A stretch of DNA of 62,000 bases from Wallemia ichthyophaga EXF-994 (taxonomy: Eukaryota > Fungi > Basidiomycota). The position numbers and the translations under genes are program-made. Location of the stretch: positions 1-62,000 of the forward strand of contig NW_008806276.1 in assembly GCF_000400465.1 (NCBI RefSeq), written 5' to 3'. Each line of letters starts with the position of its first letter. Position 1 is the stretch's first letter. Positions 34,995-46,239 of this stretch are shown here, in pieces. The notes below the pieces were generated by a model. It made no database searches, was not told the DNA's origin, and worked only from the letters and a program-made list of their open reading frames with translations.

Positions 34995-36994
34995 CTACAC
35001 CCTTCCATCAACACCACCACTCTGATAGTGGTACGACAGCGGGCGTGGCTTGGGTACATAAGTGTCAAAACAGCCTCTGCACCAAACCCAACCGTCAAAG
35101 TCAACTTTAGCGAAGCTATCGAGGTCTTTAGCGCAGCCACGACAGCGCAGACACTTGGAATGGTACTTTGTACCTGCCGGTCCGGGAGTGCATTCGAACA
35201 GTGTCAATTTCTCTCCGCACGACGGACAGCTCGACATGCCGCCAAAATGTGAACGAGAGAAGGGTGATGAGCGTGTAGCCCAGAGGCTTTTTTTAGGAGG
35301 AGAGGGTGTGTTGAGTGTTTTGTGGGATGTCTCACCACCTGAGCCTTTGGGTTGATTCACACCTACACTGTCGCCACTCCCGCGTCGCGCATTGAGCGTG
35401 CTGGGGGATGGTGTCAGTGTTGCATGCACCGCCTTGCCCAATTTGGGCGGTGTGTTGGTGTTGGTGTTGGTGGTGTAGGCATTGCGCAGTCCGGGCGAGT
35501 ATTCTTTGCGCTGGGGTGAGGTCTGAGGTGTGGTGTTCTCCCGGGGTTTGACTTGGGTGCTGCTACTGCCAACGCTACCGAGCGTCCATGTTACTTGCGC
35601 AGGTGCACACTCCTTATGCCCAAGTCTGCCATTTGTAAGCTTCACAACTGATAACTTCCCCTCCGTCCCTTCCCCGGCAAGCGTCTTGCCGCACTGCGCA
35701 CAAAGCAGACAGTCTGCATGGTATGTCCCTTCGCCCGGTACACTGACTATATGTGTTTGTGTTTGCATCTGTTTGTTTGAGTTTGTGTGCATTGCGCTGA
35801 TCGGACGTTTGCACTCGGCGCACTCCTCCGTATTCTCCTTATCTTGATGCACATCTCGCCTTCCACTCAGCTCGTCGTGGAAACTGGTTATGCTCTGCGA
35901 TCGACTGCGCACATTGCTCGGTCTGGGGAAGACATTTGAGTCGAGAGAGTACTTTGAGCTGCGCCGTGAAGCTCGATTTGGTGGTGAGTTAGGAGGAGAA
36001 GCGTACTTCTCGACGCCCTCGAAACCCCTTGCACCGACCAAATCTCTAGCCGACACGCGTCTTTCCTTCTTGTCGTGGTCTTTGACATAATTTTTCTCCC
36101 TCTCCGTTTGCTTTTTCTCGTCGAATTCGATACTGCGGTCGCGCGCAATATCAGCCAGATTCGCCAGACTTTCTCGCTGCTTCGGAGAGATGTTTGACGC
36201 TTCGGTGAGTTCAACGCCACTCAGCTGCTCGCCAAGCATCGAGACGCGACCAGAACGTCTGGGCGATGTCTTCACGTTGCTGTCTGAGTTGATATTTTCA
36301 TTTGCGTTGTTAGGTGCGCTCGCAAGACCTAGTCTGTGGTTCAAATCGCGCATGGCACTATCCATCGACGGCTTTTGGGCGACATTGCGACTCTGTCTGC
36401 GACCACTCTTGCTGCGTCTGATCTGCGCTCTGTATGCACTACCCTCGAAACAATCGATGCAACAAGGCCAGCCATCAAGATCGGTGATAGGATCATTCTT
36501 CAAACTAACCCCGCAACCATCGCAATTGAAGCAGTTTGAGTGGAATAAACCGCACTTTGTGTTGATGTACACACCTTCCACTTTGAGTTCACCAATGACA
36601 GCTTTGCGACAGACAACACAGTCGCCTTTGCTGAAATTGGCGACGTAGCAGTGGTAGCAGAATGCTCTGCTCTCTGTACTGCCAATATCGTCGTGTGGGT
36701 GGATGTAGAGAGTGGAATTGGGTGGAAACGGGGTAGAGCATGACATACATACGGGGTGAGTGGTTGGAGACTCGGGTGAGAGGACGCTGCCAACGAGTTT
36801 GGTGAGTGTACCATCGGCAGTTTCGAGGAGTGGAGAGGCTGGACAAGAATCAGGTAATTGATATTCAACCTGTGGCTGCTGATTACTATCAAACACTTCT
36901 GGTCTGTTACGCCTGTTTGTGTTGTTGTTATTCCTGTTGCTGTTGCTGTTGCTGTTGCTGATGCTGCCGCTCGTGGACTTTGGTGGTTCAACAT
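34995..36994 (-). CDS. Multi-LIM zinc-finger protein (probable 41-nt first intron near 36870-36910)
   Basis: LIM patterns CVVC...HSNCFNCDGC...CIDC, CAEC...HADCLLCAQC and CPSC...HSKCLRCRGC...CRGC. The 5' exon from ATG 36994 joins in frame via GTAACA...CACAG (inferred). Confidence 0.8.
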
Positions 36995-37364
36995 AACTAG
37001 AAAATATTAGTTGTGACAGCTACACACATACACGCCCAACTCACGTCCTTATCCAGCTATCAGATCTCTTGGTCTGGGATGGCCATTTCACTTGTCCGCC
37101 TGGATTTGGATGTAAATAACGCGAAATTTAAATTAATTCAAAAACCCACCGACTGCTACACCGCCGCACTTTTTACATCTCTCGTCCTTCTTGCAGATAT
37201 CACCACAGCGCGAGCAGAATGGCATTTGTGGTGGTGTTGGCGGTGGTGGTGGTGGTGGTGGTTGAGAGTTAAGAGGGAAGATTGAGTGATGGCGGAGATA
37301 GCAGGAGATGGCTGGAGATAGATGGAGATAATAAGTCGATGTGCCTCTCTATCCTCAACCACCA

Positions 37365-37946
37365 ATGTCGAGCTCAATCGTCTTTGACCACTTATTCACC
37401 TGCGACAGTATAGACAAAGATGGCAAGAAGTTCGATAGAGGTTGGTTACTTGTATTTTACTAGGCTTCGTCTAATAACCCGTTCAAGTGGCCAGAATCGG
37501 TGCAACTTCGACAACGCCAAACTTGAATTGCATTATTGATTTGCCTGTTGAGGTTTTCAGTTTGGCGGAGAATGAGAAATTCACAATGGCTTTGTCTACT
37601 TCGCTGTCTAATGATAGTACTGCACAAGCCCAGGGACACGGTTGGAGGCCTGTGAGTTGAGAGAGGCAGCCAATCACGCCCACTCATACTTACTTTCACA
37701 GGGCATGGATAACCAAGGTCTGGCTGCCGATTACGAGTATGTCTGTTTCGGCAAGGTTTACAAGTTCGACGAAGGAAAGCAGGAAATAGCGTGTGTAACG
37801 GTATTTACGTTTCACTTCACACTCTCACACTCTCCAGCACTGCTTATATCTCTTTCGGCGGTTTATTACTCGCAATCACCGGTCATGTCCGCTACTTGAG
37901 CGATATCAGCGTAGGAGAGGATCTTTATTTGCTTGTTCGCAGATGA
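37365..37946 (+). CDS. RPB8: RNA polymerase I/II/III shared subunit RPABC3, 4 exons
   Basis: Spliced product MSSSIVFDHLFTCDSIDKDGKKFDR|VARIGA...LAADYEYVCFGKVYKFDE...YISFGGLLLAITG...DLYLLVRR*. This gene is missed as a whole by the ORF track. Confidence 0.93.
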
Positions 37947-37965
37947 TTATATTTATTTATTCGTA

Positions 37966-40900
37966 TTAGCATCTTTTTGCGACTGTTTAGGCTTATTTAC
38001 GCTTATTTTAAGCCTATTTTACGCCTATTTTACACCTATACACCCCTATTTACCCTCCTCACTCACCCATTTCTATCTGCTCCCGGAGCATTTTACTCTC
38101 ATCATTCATCGCCGTTATCATTTGCTCGTAACTACGCTCTATCTGCGCTATCTTGCTGTTATGTGCTTTGTGTAGCGCTTCGGTGGATATATTCCCACTG
38201 TTAAACACCGTCTCATCCCCCATACTCTTCAGTTTGGCTTCCGCTGCTGCGCGTCCGTCCTTCTCATGTAACAGTACCTTGCGCAACTCTCCCACTTCAA
38301 CCTCCGCTTGTCTCATCCTCTTCAGTGCCGCATCCAGGTTATTATTCTGTTCCTGCATTTTGTAGTTACGCTCGTTCAGTTCGTCGTTTAGCCCCGTTGT
38401 TGCCTCTGTCATGCTCTTCTGTACTGCTTTCATCGATTCTATATCTCCCATCAGTTTCATGCACTTGGTGCGTGAATCTGACAGCATTCCCTCCAGTCCT
38501 TCTTTGTCTGATGTGTATTAGCAACTACGTAATCTCATTCTCACTTTACCCACGGCTATGCGCAGCTGAAAGCTGCATGAATGAAGATTGTGTTGATTCA
38601 CGCAGCACTTCAATCTCATTTCGAAGCTGAGCCACATCTGAGAAAATTTGTCAGACAAGTGATTTCTTCAAACCCATACTCTCACCCACCTTGCTCGCTA
38701 TGCATGCTCCTCATTCTCTCCTTCACTTCTGCCAACTCCGCACCCATTCTGCTAGCGTCGTCGACCTGTTTTTCGAGCACTGTCACTCTCTCCATAAACG
38801 ACGGCAGCTCTTCCAGTTGCATCTTGAGACTTGCTATTTCGGACGAGCTGTCCTCCTTCGTTCCCTCCAGCTCTTTGATCCTACTGTGCAGCGCTTCCAT
38901 CTCACCACTCTTACTTGCCACATCCTCCTCCAATTTCTGAATTACCTCTTGCGATGAAGCATCGTTTGATATACTTTCGTTTAGGGTATGTAGCTGTTCT
39001 TTTAGATTTTCATTCGAAGCATGTGCTTCGTGGGCTTCTTTTAGTGCTTCTTCGTGTCTGTGTTTGTGATTCACCAATTCAGTTTCTGCCTTGTTAAATT
39101 GACTCTGAAGAGCGATTAATTTCTCCTCCTTTTCATCGCGCTCATGCTGCTCGCGCTCCTGCAGCGCCTGCAGCTCCAGCGTTTGTTGCTCGAGTGTACT
39201 AGCGCGTGTCAGAGCTTCTGCAAGCTTTTTGCTAGTGTCATCCAGTGCCTCCTGCAGTGCGTGTGTGTTATTACCACTATCACTCGCCTTCTCTTGCAGA
39301 CTTTCCATCCTGCTTTCATACGCCTTCATATCCACTTCATGCTGCGCTGCACTCTCTTCCAGCTCCCTGATGCGAGTATTGGCTGCGTCCTGCTGAGTGG
39401 AGAGTGAATCGTAATGAGCAGCGCTCTCCTCCAGCTCTTTGATGCGTACAGCGGCTTTTTCGTGTTCTGCATAAAGCAGCGCATGTTGCGCGGCACTCTC
39501 CTCTAACTCCCTGATGCGTTCGCTGGCTGAGTCGTATTGGGTGTAAAGCACTTCATGCTCAGCTGCACTTTTCTCTAGATCCTTGATGCGCGTCGTTGCT
39601 GCCTTGTGTTCTTCAGATAGTGCGTGGTGTTGAGTGGCACTCTCTTCCAACTCCTTAATGCGAGAAGTGGCTGCCTTGTGCTCTTCAGATAATAGGCCAT
39701 GCTGCGCAATACTCTCCTCTAACTCTTTAATGCGAGACGTAGCTGCCTCGTGCTCTTCAGACAGCGAGCTGTGCTGAGCGGCACTTTCCTCCAGCTCTTT
39801 AATGCGAGTAATGGCTGACTCGTACTCTTCAGATAACAGACCGTGCTGCGCAATGCTCTCCTCCAGCTCTTTAATGCGCCAAGTAGCTACTTGATGCTCT
39901 TCAGAAAGCAAGCTGTGTTGAGCAGCGCTATCATCCAATTCTTTGATACGAGAAACAGCAGCGTCGTATTGTTGAGACAGCAGGCCTTGTTGAGCGATGG
40001 TTTCCTCTAAGTCCTTGATACGAGCACTTGCTGAATCATGCTCGTTGGATAATGAGCTGTGTTGCGCAGCACTCTCCTCCAGCTCCCTGATGCGAATATT
40101 GGCTGCGTCATGGTTTGCAGCTAGCTGAGCGTGTTCTTGTGATACCTCTGACACCTCCTCCAATGCCACTATCTTCTCTTTCAATTGCGCTACGTCCTCT
40201 GCATGTATCCTGAGTTCTGCTACTGTCTGCTCCAATTCCAAAACACGAGTGTTGTGCATGTCCATTTGATCTGCGTTTTCATCGCGTGCTTTGAGAATTT
40301 CTTCCAATTCTTGGATTCGTGTGGCAGCAGTGTTGTCATATGAATCATGTATCTCCAGTATATCCTTCCTTTCCTGCTTATCTTTCTCATACTCAGACAC
40401 TCTCGTCTCAAGGGTTTCCAACATCTGCGCGCGTTCTTCAGCGACAGTATACTCGTGGTCAAGTTTAGCCTGAGTGTCGAGTAGACTCTGCTGGGCGGTG
40501 TGGAGGGCATGCGAATCAGTGTCAGCAGTCTCTCCAGCTTCGAACCCTTTATCGCCAACATGTCCAGCCGCAATGACGCTTTCCAATTCTGCAATACGAG
40601 CATGAGCGTCAGCGTCAGCGTCAGTGTTGGTATTGGCATTGGAATTGGCACTGCGCTCTGCGTCTAGCTCCGCACTGAGTGACTCAATGTGAGACTGAAG
40701 CTGAGCTATCTTCTCCGAGGCGGGAATAGAGCGAGGAGCGCCTGGCTTGCCCATAGCGCTTCCAGGCCTGCCTCCACCCACGGCGCTCCCGGGTCTGCCC
40801 ATTGCACTACCGGGTCTGCTCGGTACATCGTGGGAGAGGGAGCGCGACACGGATGATCTGCGAGTGGCGGATGCGGGCTGGGGCGAGGGTGCAGCCGATA

Positions 40901-41229
40901 GCCGCGATGTTGGTCTGTGAGGAGCGTTGGCGCTGCGTGTTGCTGGTGATGGGGTTGGTCTGGGTGCACTGCTGGCACTGCTGGCACTGGTAGTACCGGT
41001 AGATGTGCGCGTGGTTGTTGCACCGCGTCTGGCGGCCGCTGTCGCTGTAGATGGTGCCACCTTCCTCACCGTCGTCGGCGTGGCGGTCGTCGCTGACTTG
41101 GCTGGCACTCTGCGCGCGCCTGCGGTTACACCTGCTTTCACTCTTCTGTTTACATCGTTAGCGCACTCGTCTTCGCCTTGTTCCGCTCCCGTCTTACGGC
41201 TTGTCTTCTTCTTGCACTGGCGATCCCAT
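37966..41229 (-). CDS. Large coiled-coil protein with basic S/T/R/P-rich N-terminus and 11 tandem 24-aa repeats; function unknown (cytoskeletal/Golgi tether-like)
   Basis: ORFs 38682-41258 and 38059-38487 are joined by GT-AG introns. The likely start is ATG 41229 (MGSPVQEEDKP|RVKAG). A short last exon (VAKRC*) is inferred; the unspliced stop is at 38059. Confidence 0.75.
39336..40127 (-). repeat. 11 x 72-bp coding tandem repeat (consensus LLSEEHxAAxxRIKELEESxAQHx)
   Basis: Units counted in the translation; 11 x 72 = 792 bp matches the span. Confidence 0.92.
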
Positions 41230-41315
41230 ATCGTGGTTTGAAACAAAGAAAGAAACAAAGGAATATTGTAAATAATTTTATTGTATATTTATTTAGTATT
41301 GATATTACTCGATTG

Positions 41316-42806
41316 TTAACGCTGCTGTCGTTGTCCTTGTTGCCCTTGTTGCCCTTGCTGTCGTGGCCGTTGCTGCTTATATCGAGGCTGTGGAGAGTGT
41401 GGATAGACCATCTGCGGTGATTGGATAGGTGATGCGGCGGCGTTGTGGGCATTGTAAGCACCTAAAGCATCACCTAAACCCCCGGCCACTCCTCCAGTGC
41501 TCCCTCCAAACATCTGCATATGCGCTGCTTGCGCCTGCATTTGCCACTGTATTTGCCACTGCGCCTGCCACTGCATCTGCATCTGCATCTGCAACTGCAT
41601 CTGAGCATTGAATTGCGCATTAAAAGGGCTGTCCCTGCCGGTGTCTACTGGAGGTGGTCGCGTCACGGATGGTGGAGTGCGCGTGTCTGTTTTGGGAGTG
41701 TTATTCCTGCTGTTGTTCTGTGACTGCGATCGCGTAGGTGACTTGGGACGCAAGTTATCGATTTCCTGCGTAAGCGGTACGAGATTTGTTCCATTGTTAG
41801 GGAATCGCTCGCTCCATTCTTTGGCGTCGAACAGCTCGACGCCGTGAGGAGGCGTGTACGGTGTGTCTCCAGCGCTACCTGCGCCCTCCAAACCCACAGT
41901 TAACCAGCCTCTGCGTGCTTCGTGTGGTGTGCCAAATAACGCTAGTCGACGTGTACCACTGCAGAATGTCTCTATCAGCGCTAGTAGCTCGGATGGCTTC
42001 TGCTTCGATGACTTGGCTATGATGGTGTCTACGTCTATGTTGCAGTTGACAAAGTGCGAGTCTGATGCACGGCGTACTGTACCGCGTATGCCCATTAAGC
42101 AGTGCTGTTTGGTACGTTTGAAGAGTGTGTCTGAGGTTTTATCCTCGAAAACCTCGTCATCATTCGCATCCTCCTCATCGGCCGTAGTTTCCACCCATAT
42201 CACATCCTCGGCCCGTCTATACCCCCACCTTGCAAGCAATTCTCTGCCCTTCTCGAGCCCGTCATCGCCACCACTGCCGACCCAGACAAAGACGAAACTG
42301 GGATCAGCCGAGAGCTGGCGGATGGGGAGAGTAGCGAGAGCATCCCAAGTCCATTGAGAACCCTGAACTTGAGCTGACTGTGAGCCTGCCAGTGGAGGAT
42401 CGATGCAAATAACATCAAACTTGCTGCCCAAATTAATAACATCAAACAACCGAGAATGCTCGTGGGGCGATGATGGGATAGCTTCGACCAGGTTGAATGG
42501 GAGGTACGTTGGCGGGTATGAGTGCTTCTCAATGAGCTCCCCTTTCAACGCGAGTAGGTGCTTTAACCGCGGATACTCATCGAATCGCCCTTCTCTGTAC
42601 GCGTTTATGATCTGATCTTGCGGCCGTATTAACGTGTTCACATATGCTAAGCTGAAGTCATTACGCATCGACTCTTCTTTCGCACTGTATCGCTCCCCAT
42701 ATGCTAATCGCTTCTGCTTCTTGTCCTCGGGGAGTTCCTCTGTATACGCTGACGCTGACAGCTTGTCGCCATTCTCAGTCTTATTCTTATTCTCATCCTC
42801 TCTCAT
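41316..42806 (-). CDS. KAR4: MT-A70 family m6A methyltransferase subunit, METTL14/Kar4-like
   Basis: NDFSLAYVNTLIRPQ, FDVICIDPPL, WGYRRAEDVIWV, KQHCLMGIRGTVRRASDSHFVNCNIDVDTII and GTRRLALFG...RRGWLTVG. The true 5' end may lie upstream. Confidence 0.85.
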   Translation of the reverse strand: MREDENKNKTENGDKLSASAYTEELPEDKKQKRLAYGERYSAKEESMRNDFSLAYVNTLIRPQDQIINAYREGRFDEYPRLKHLLALKGELIEKHSYPPTYLPFNLVEAIPSSPHEHSRLFDVINLGSKFDVICIDPPLAGSQSAQVQGSQWTWDALATLPIRQLSADPSFVFVWVGSGGDDGLEKGRELLARWGYRRAEDVIWVETTADEEDANDDEVFEDKTSDTLFKRTKQHCLMGIRGTVRRASDSHFVNCNIDVDTIIAKSSKQKPSELLALIETFCSGTRRLALFGTPHEARRGWLTVGLEGAGSAGDTPYTPPHGVELFDAKEWSERFPNNGTNLVPLTQEIDNLRPKSPTRSQSQNNSRNNTPKTDTRTPPSVTRPPPVDTGRDSPFNAQFNAQMQLQMQMQMQWQAQWQIQWQMQAQAAHMQMFGGSTGGVAGGLGDALGAYNAHNAAASPIQSPQMVYPHSPQPRYKQQRPRQQGQQGQQGQRQQR

Positions 42807-43047
42807 CTGTACACGTCCTCATCGCCTTATAGGAGGGCTTTGTTGAGCAAATTCTATTTCCTCTGATTAGCTGCAAAATTTTACATTTCTTTTCTTCTCT
42901 TGGATGCTTGTGGGGATTCGTTTGTTCAGCTTCTCTTCTGCGTTTCATTCAGTTTGCTCGGTATTCATGACGTCAACTGGGTCACTCAATCTACGCAATG
43001 AAAAGCCTAGCGCTTTTTTTGAGCGTGCGGAAATTGCAACATGAAGG

Positions 43048-43087
43048 AAAAAAAAAAACCCCTTTTTTCCAAGAAAAAAGGGAAAAA
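43048..43087 (-). terminator. Pol III terminator cluster: T5, then a 10-bp perfect hairpin, then T11
   Basis: The minus strand after the tRNA reads TTTTT-CCCTTTTTTC-TTG-GAAAAAAGGG-G-T11. Confidence 0.75.
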
Positions 43088-43186
43088 TGGTAGAACTGGG
43101 ACTCGAACCCAGGACGCCTGAGGCAGCCGGAAAACTTAAGATAAATTACTTAAGCCGACCCGAATAACCAACTATCGGATTCTACC
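43088..43186 (-). tRNA. tRNA-Leu(TAA) with intron and long variable arm
   Basis: Acceptor GGTAGAA/TTCTACC, anticodon stem GTCGG/CCGGC around CT-TAA-G, ~17-nt intron, variable arm TGCC-TCA-GGCG and T-arm CTGGG-TTCGAGT-CCCAG. Confidence 0.93.
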
Positions 43187-43549
43187 ATAGCAACAGAATG
43201 GCAAAACCGCCATACTATTCTTGCATAAGCGATATCGGTGGGCATTACATTTATAATTGAATGTGTTAGAAACTCTCAATTTTTCAGAAAGTTTTGTTGG
43301 CTGTCAATTTCAGCACTTGTCTTACAAATTTTTAGCCCACACTCAAACTTAATACCTCAGAACTGCGATGAGATGGTTTATGAGGCGTTGTTTACCTCTT
43401 GAAAGTGCGAAAAGTAACAATTTAAAAACAAAGACTAATTTTTACCCCTCGATTACCCCTACACGCTCAAACCCGCACACATAAAGCAGGGTAATTGAGT
43501 TGATACACTTTATCGCATCGACGCTCAACGCACAACACACAACCGACTA

Positions 43550-44278
43550 ATGAATATGTCATTCACGCTGGGATTGATTGTGGGACAGCTCAGCGTGATT
43601 GCATTGCTGATGTTGATAATAAAGTATTTCATATTCAGCGATGTGGATGTGGCGATAGAGAAGCGTCGTCGGAAGAAGATGAAAGGGGAATTGCGCGCGG
43701 AAGGTGAGGAAGGTGAGGAGGATACGAAAGGGAGTACGGAGAAAGAGGAAAGCGTCGAATGGATGAATCTGCTACTAAAATCGTTGTACGCTGTTTATCG
43801 GCAGCATTTCAATAAAGTGGGCAAGGAAAAGATAGAGGAGATGCTAAATAGACGCAGAGGGGGAGTTATGGACAGAATCATCGTCAATGACGTCGGTATT
43901 GGTGACAAGTATCCTAATTTCAGTAATGCACGCTACACACAAGGAAAATGCTACTTGGATTTTGATTATAACGACGAATTGGAGCTGGATGTCACAACGA
44001 AGCTGATGATAAACTACCCGAAGCCGAGATTCGGGAGCATTCCAGTGGACGTGGTGATACGGCTGATAAGGTTTAGTGGGAGTGTATGGGTGGAGGTGGA
44101 TGGAGGGGAAATGACGGTGGGGCTCTCGAGCAACTACAACCTCAACATCAAGTGCCAGAGCTACGTCGGCAGCCGCGCAAAGCTGAAGGATGTGCCCAAG
44201 ATCGAGGAATTGATATACAACAATCTCGACAACATCCTCACCAACAAGCTATCCGAGTATAAATTCAAGATCGTGTAG
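43550..44278 (+). CDS. MMM1: ERMES subunit Mmm1 (TM + SMP domain), compact 242 aa
   Basis: SFTLGLIVGQLSVIALLMLIIKYFIFSD, ESVEWMNLL, LMINYPKPRFGSIPV and SYVGSRAKLKDVPKIEELI. Confidence 0.88.
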   Translation: MNMSFTLGLIVGQLSVIALLMLIIKYFIFSDVDVAIEKRRRKKMKGELRAEGEEGEEDTKGSTEKEESVEWMNLLLKSLYAVYRQHFNKVGKEKIEEMLNRRRGGVMDRIIVNDVGIGDKYPNFSNARYTQGKCYLDFDYNDELELDVTTKLMINYPKPRFGSIPVDVVIRLIRFSGSVWVEVDGGEMTVGLSSNYNLNIKCQSYVGSRAKLKDVPKIEELIYNNLDNILTNKLSEYKFKIV

Positions 44279-44364
44279 CCATTGTAAAATAAAATTGATA
44301 ATCGCCTTCAATTCGGACTCTTTTCAGCGATCATCCGCCATCACCTGCGATCACCGAGTGTTTG

Positions 44365-44920
44365 ATGAGCCAGAGCCAACAGCTGCCGACGCTCGAGCCC
44401 AAGGCATACAGTTCACTAGCGATAAACCAGAAGAACATAGTGGAGCTGAGTGGCGACAAGGATTTGTACCTGTTCAAGCTTGACAACATATCCCATCACC
44501 AGCCGAGCGAGCAGACGCAGAAGAAAGAGCCGTCCAAGTCTGAGCTGGTAGCTAGGAGATATATGACAGACTCGACTACGCCGTCTTCGTCGAGGATGTC
44601 GAGTGTGCCGAGCGTGTCGAGCGTGTCCATGTCGACACTATCCACGTTATCAAGGGACAGGGACACCCGCAATCACGCTCACGCTCACAGCCCGACGAAT
44701 CGGCAGCCACTGGCGTGTATCGGGTGCAGGAAGCAGAAACTAAAGTGTTTGGGTGGCAAGCCATGTCAGCGCTGTGACAAGAGAGGTGAGAGTGTTCTCT
44801 GTGGTCCTATCCACCCATCTGACTTTCTCAATTCCAGGCAAAGACTGCGTATACGATACGCAAGTGCGAAGACGTGGCCCAGACAGAATAGCAGGCGGAA
44901 GGCTCAAGCCGGGGAGCTGA
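44365..44920 (+). CDS. Small Zn(II)2Cys6 protein (~167 aa) with a C-terminal zinc cluster, intron 44786-44837
   Basis: ACIGCRKQKLKCLGGKPCQRCDKRG|KDCVYDTQVRRRGPDR...*; GTGAGA...CTGAC...CAG intron. Confidence 0.82.
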
Positions 44921-45014
44921 TGCGATTATATTTATTTTATTACCCTTGTCCATTGTCCATTGTACCTGTACTATCTACACGCTCTTTATTCAGTTCCACC
45001 AACTCAACTGAATT

Positions 45015-45952
45015 ATGTCATTTTTCAAATCCGTCGGCGACAACGCCAAGAAGTTTTCCAGCCAGGGATTCGATATGGCTAAATCTGGCGCTAATTCTGC
45101 TTCCTCTTTCGCAGGCGATATCGCTAAACGACCTGAACTTGATTTCAGTCTGCCGAGGGAATGCGACAAAGCGGCAGAAATCCTTCAGTCTTTTCTAGCT
45201 AATCCGGATGACCCACTAAGTGCACTGAACAGCATTCCCAAAGCTGTACTCGAGCGTGCTAGCGGTTTGGCCGTGTTCAGGATAATCAAGGCGGGTTTTT
45301 TAGTAACGGGCCGCGCAGGTAGCGGTATAGTTATTGCTCGACTAGATGACGGTACTTGGTCAGCGCCCTCGTGTATAGCTACCGGTGTGAGTTGGCTTGT
45401 TTGTTGGCGTGGTTTACACCGTCCACACCCACACCGCACTCACACCCTACACAGGGCGTCGGCTGGGGTTTGGCAGTCGGTGCGGACATTACAGATTTCG
45501 TTGTTGTCCTCAACTCGAAAGACGCAGTTGACGCATTCACTTTGGCTGGCAATCTCACTATAGGAGGTAACATATCAGCGTCGGCTGGTCCTTTGGGTAC
45601 TGGCGGGGGAGTGCAAGCTGCGTTATCCGACCCCTCACCTCTATTCTCGTACTCCAAGTCGCGCGGCCTCTTCGCAGGCGTCAGTCTCGAAGGTACTGCT
45701 ATCATGGAGCGGAGAGATACAAACAGTGCTTTCTACGGCACTTCTATCCCCGCTAAAGACATTCTCGGCGGTCGTATACCCCCTCCCCAAATTGGTGAGA
45801 AGATGTACACCGTTATCGAGAACGCGGAGGACGTCGACGAATCGTCTGTGCCTTCTCGAACTCATGTTCCCCCTCCGCCACCCGGTAACTCCTCACAATC
45901 ACCTGCAACGTCTAGAGGACAGACCCTTTTCGACGCTGAAGGTAGATCTTGA
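45015..45952 (+). CDS. SYLF/YAB (DUF500, Ysc84/Lsb3-like) protein without SH3, intron 45387-45454
   Basis: ASGLAVFRIIKAGFLVTGRAGSGIVIARLDDGTWSAPS, G|GVGWGLAVGADITDFVVVLN and YSKSRGLFAGVSLEG. Confidence 0.88.
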
Positions 45953-46239
45953 TGGCGTGAGCTGAGATGTGCGCCAGAATATGCAAGGAGGAGAGACGGG
46001 TAGATTTGGAACTTTTATAGCACACTGAGCACTCTGAACAATTTTTACATCATTTGATTCATCTGATTTACGTGTACGACTTGATTCATTCAACTTGATC
46101 TCTATCTACGTGAGATATCTTCTAAATCATCGTCATGTTTTGTGATTTGTTGTGAAGTATGATGTCATGTAGTGTTTGATTACAACGAGTGAGAGAAAGT
46201 AAGAAAGGAGAAAGTCGTCAAGTGAGATGTGTCGTTAGC

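Noticed and set aside
39336-40127. Regularly spaced repeats as a CRISPR-like array
   Set aside because: These are in-frame 72-bp coding repeats without unique spacers, in a eukaryotic gene.
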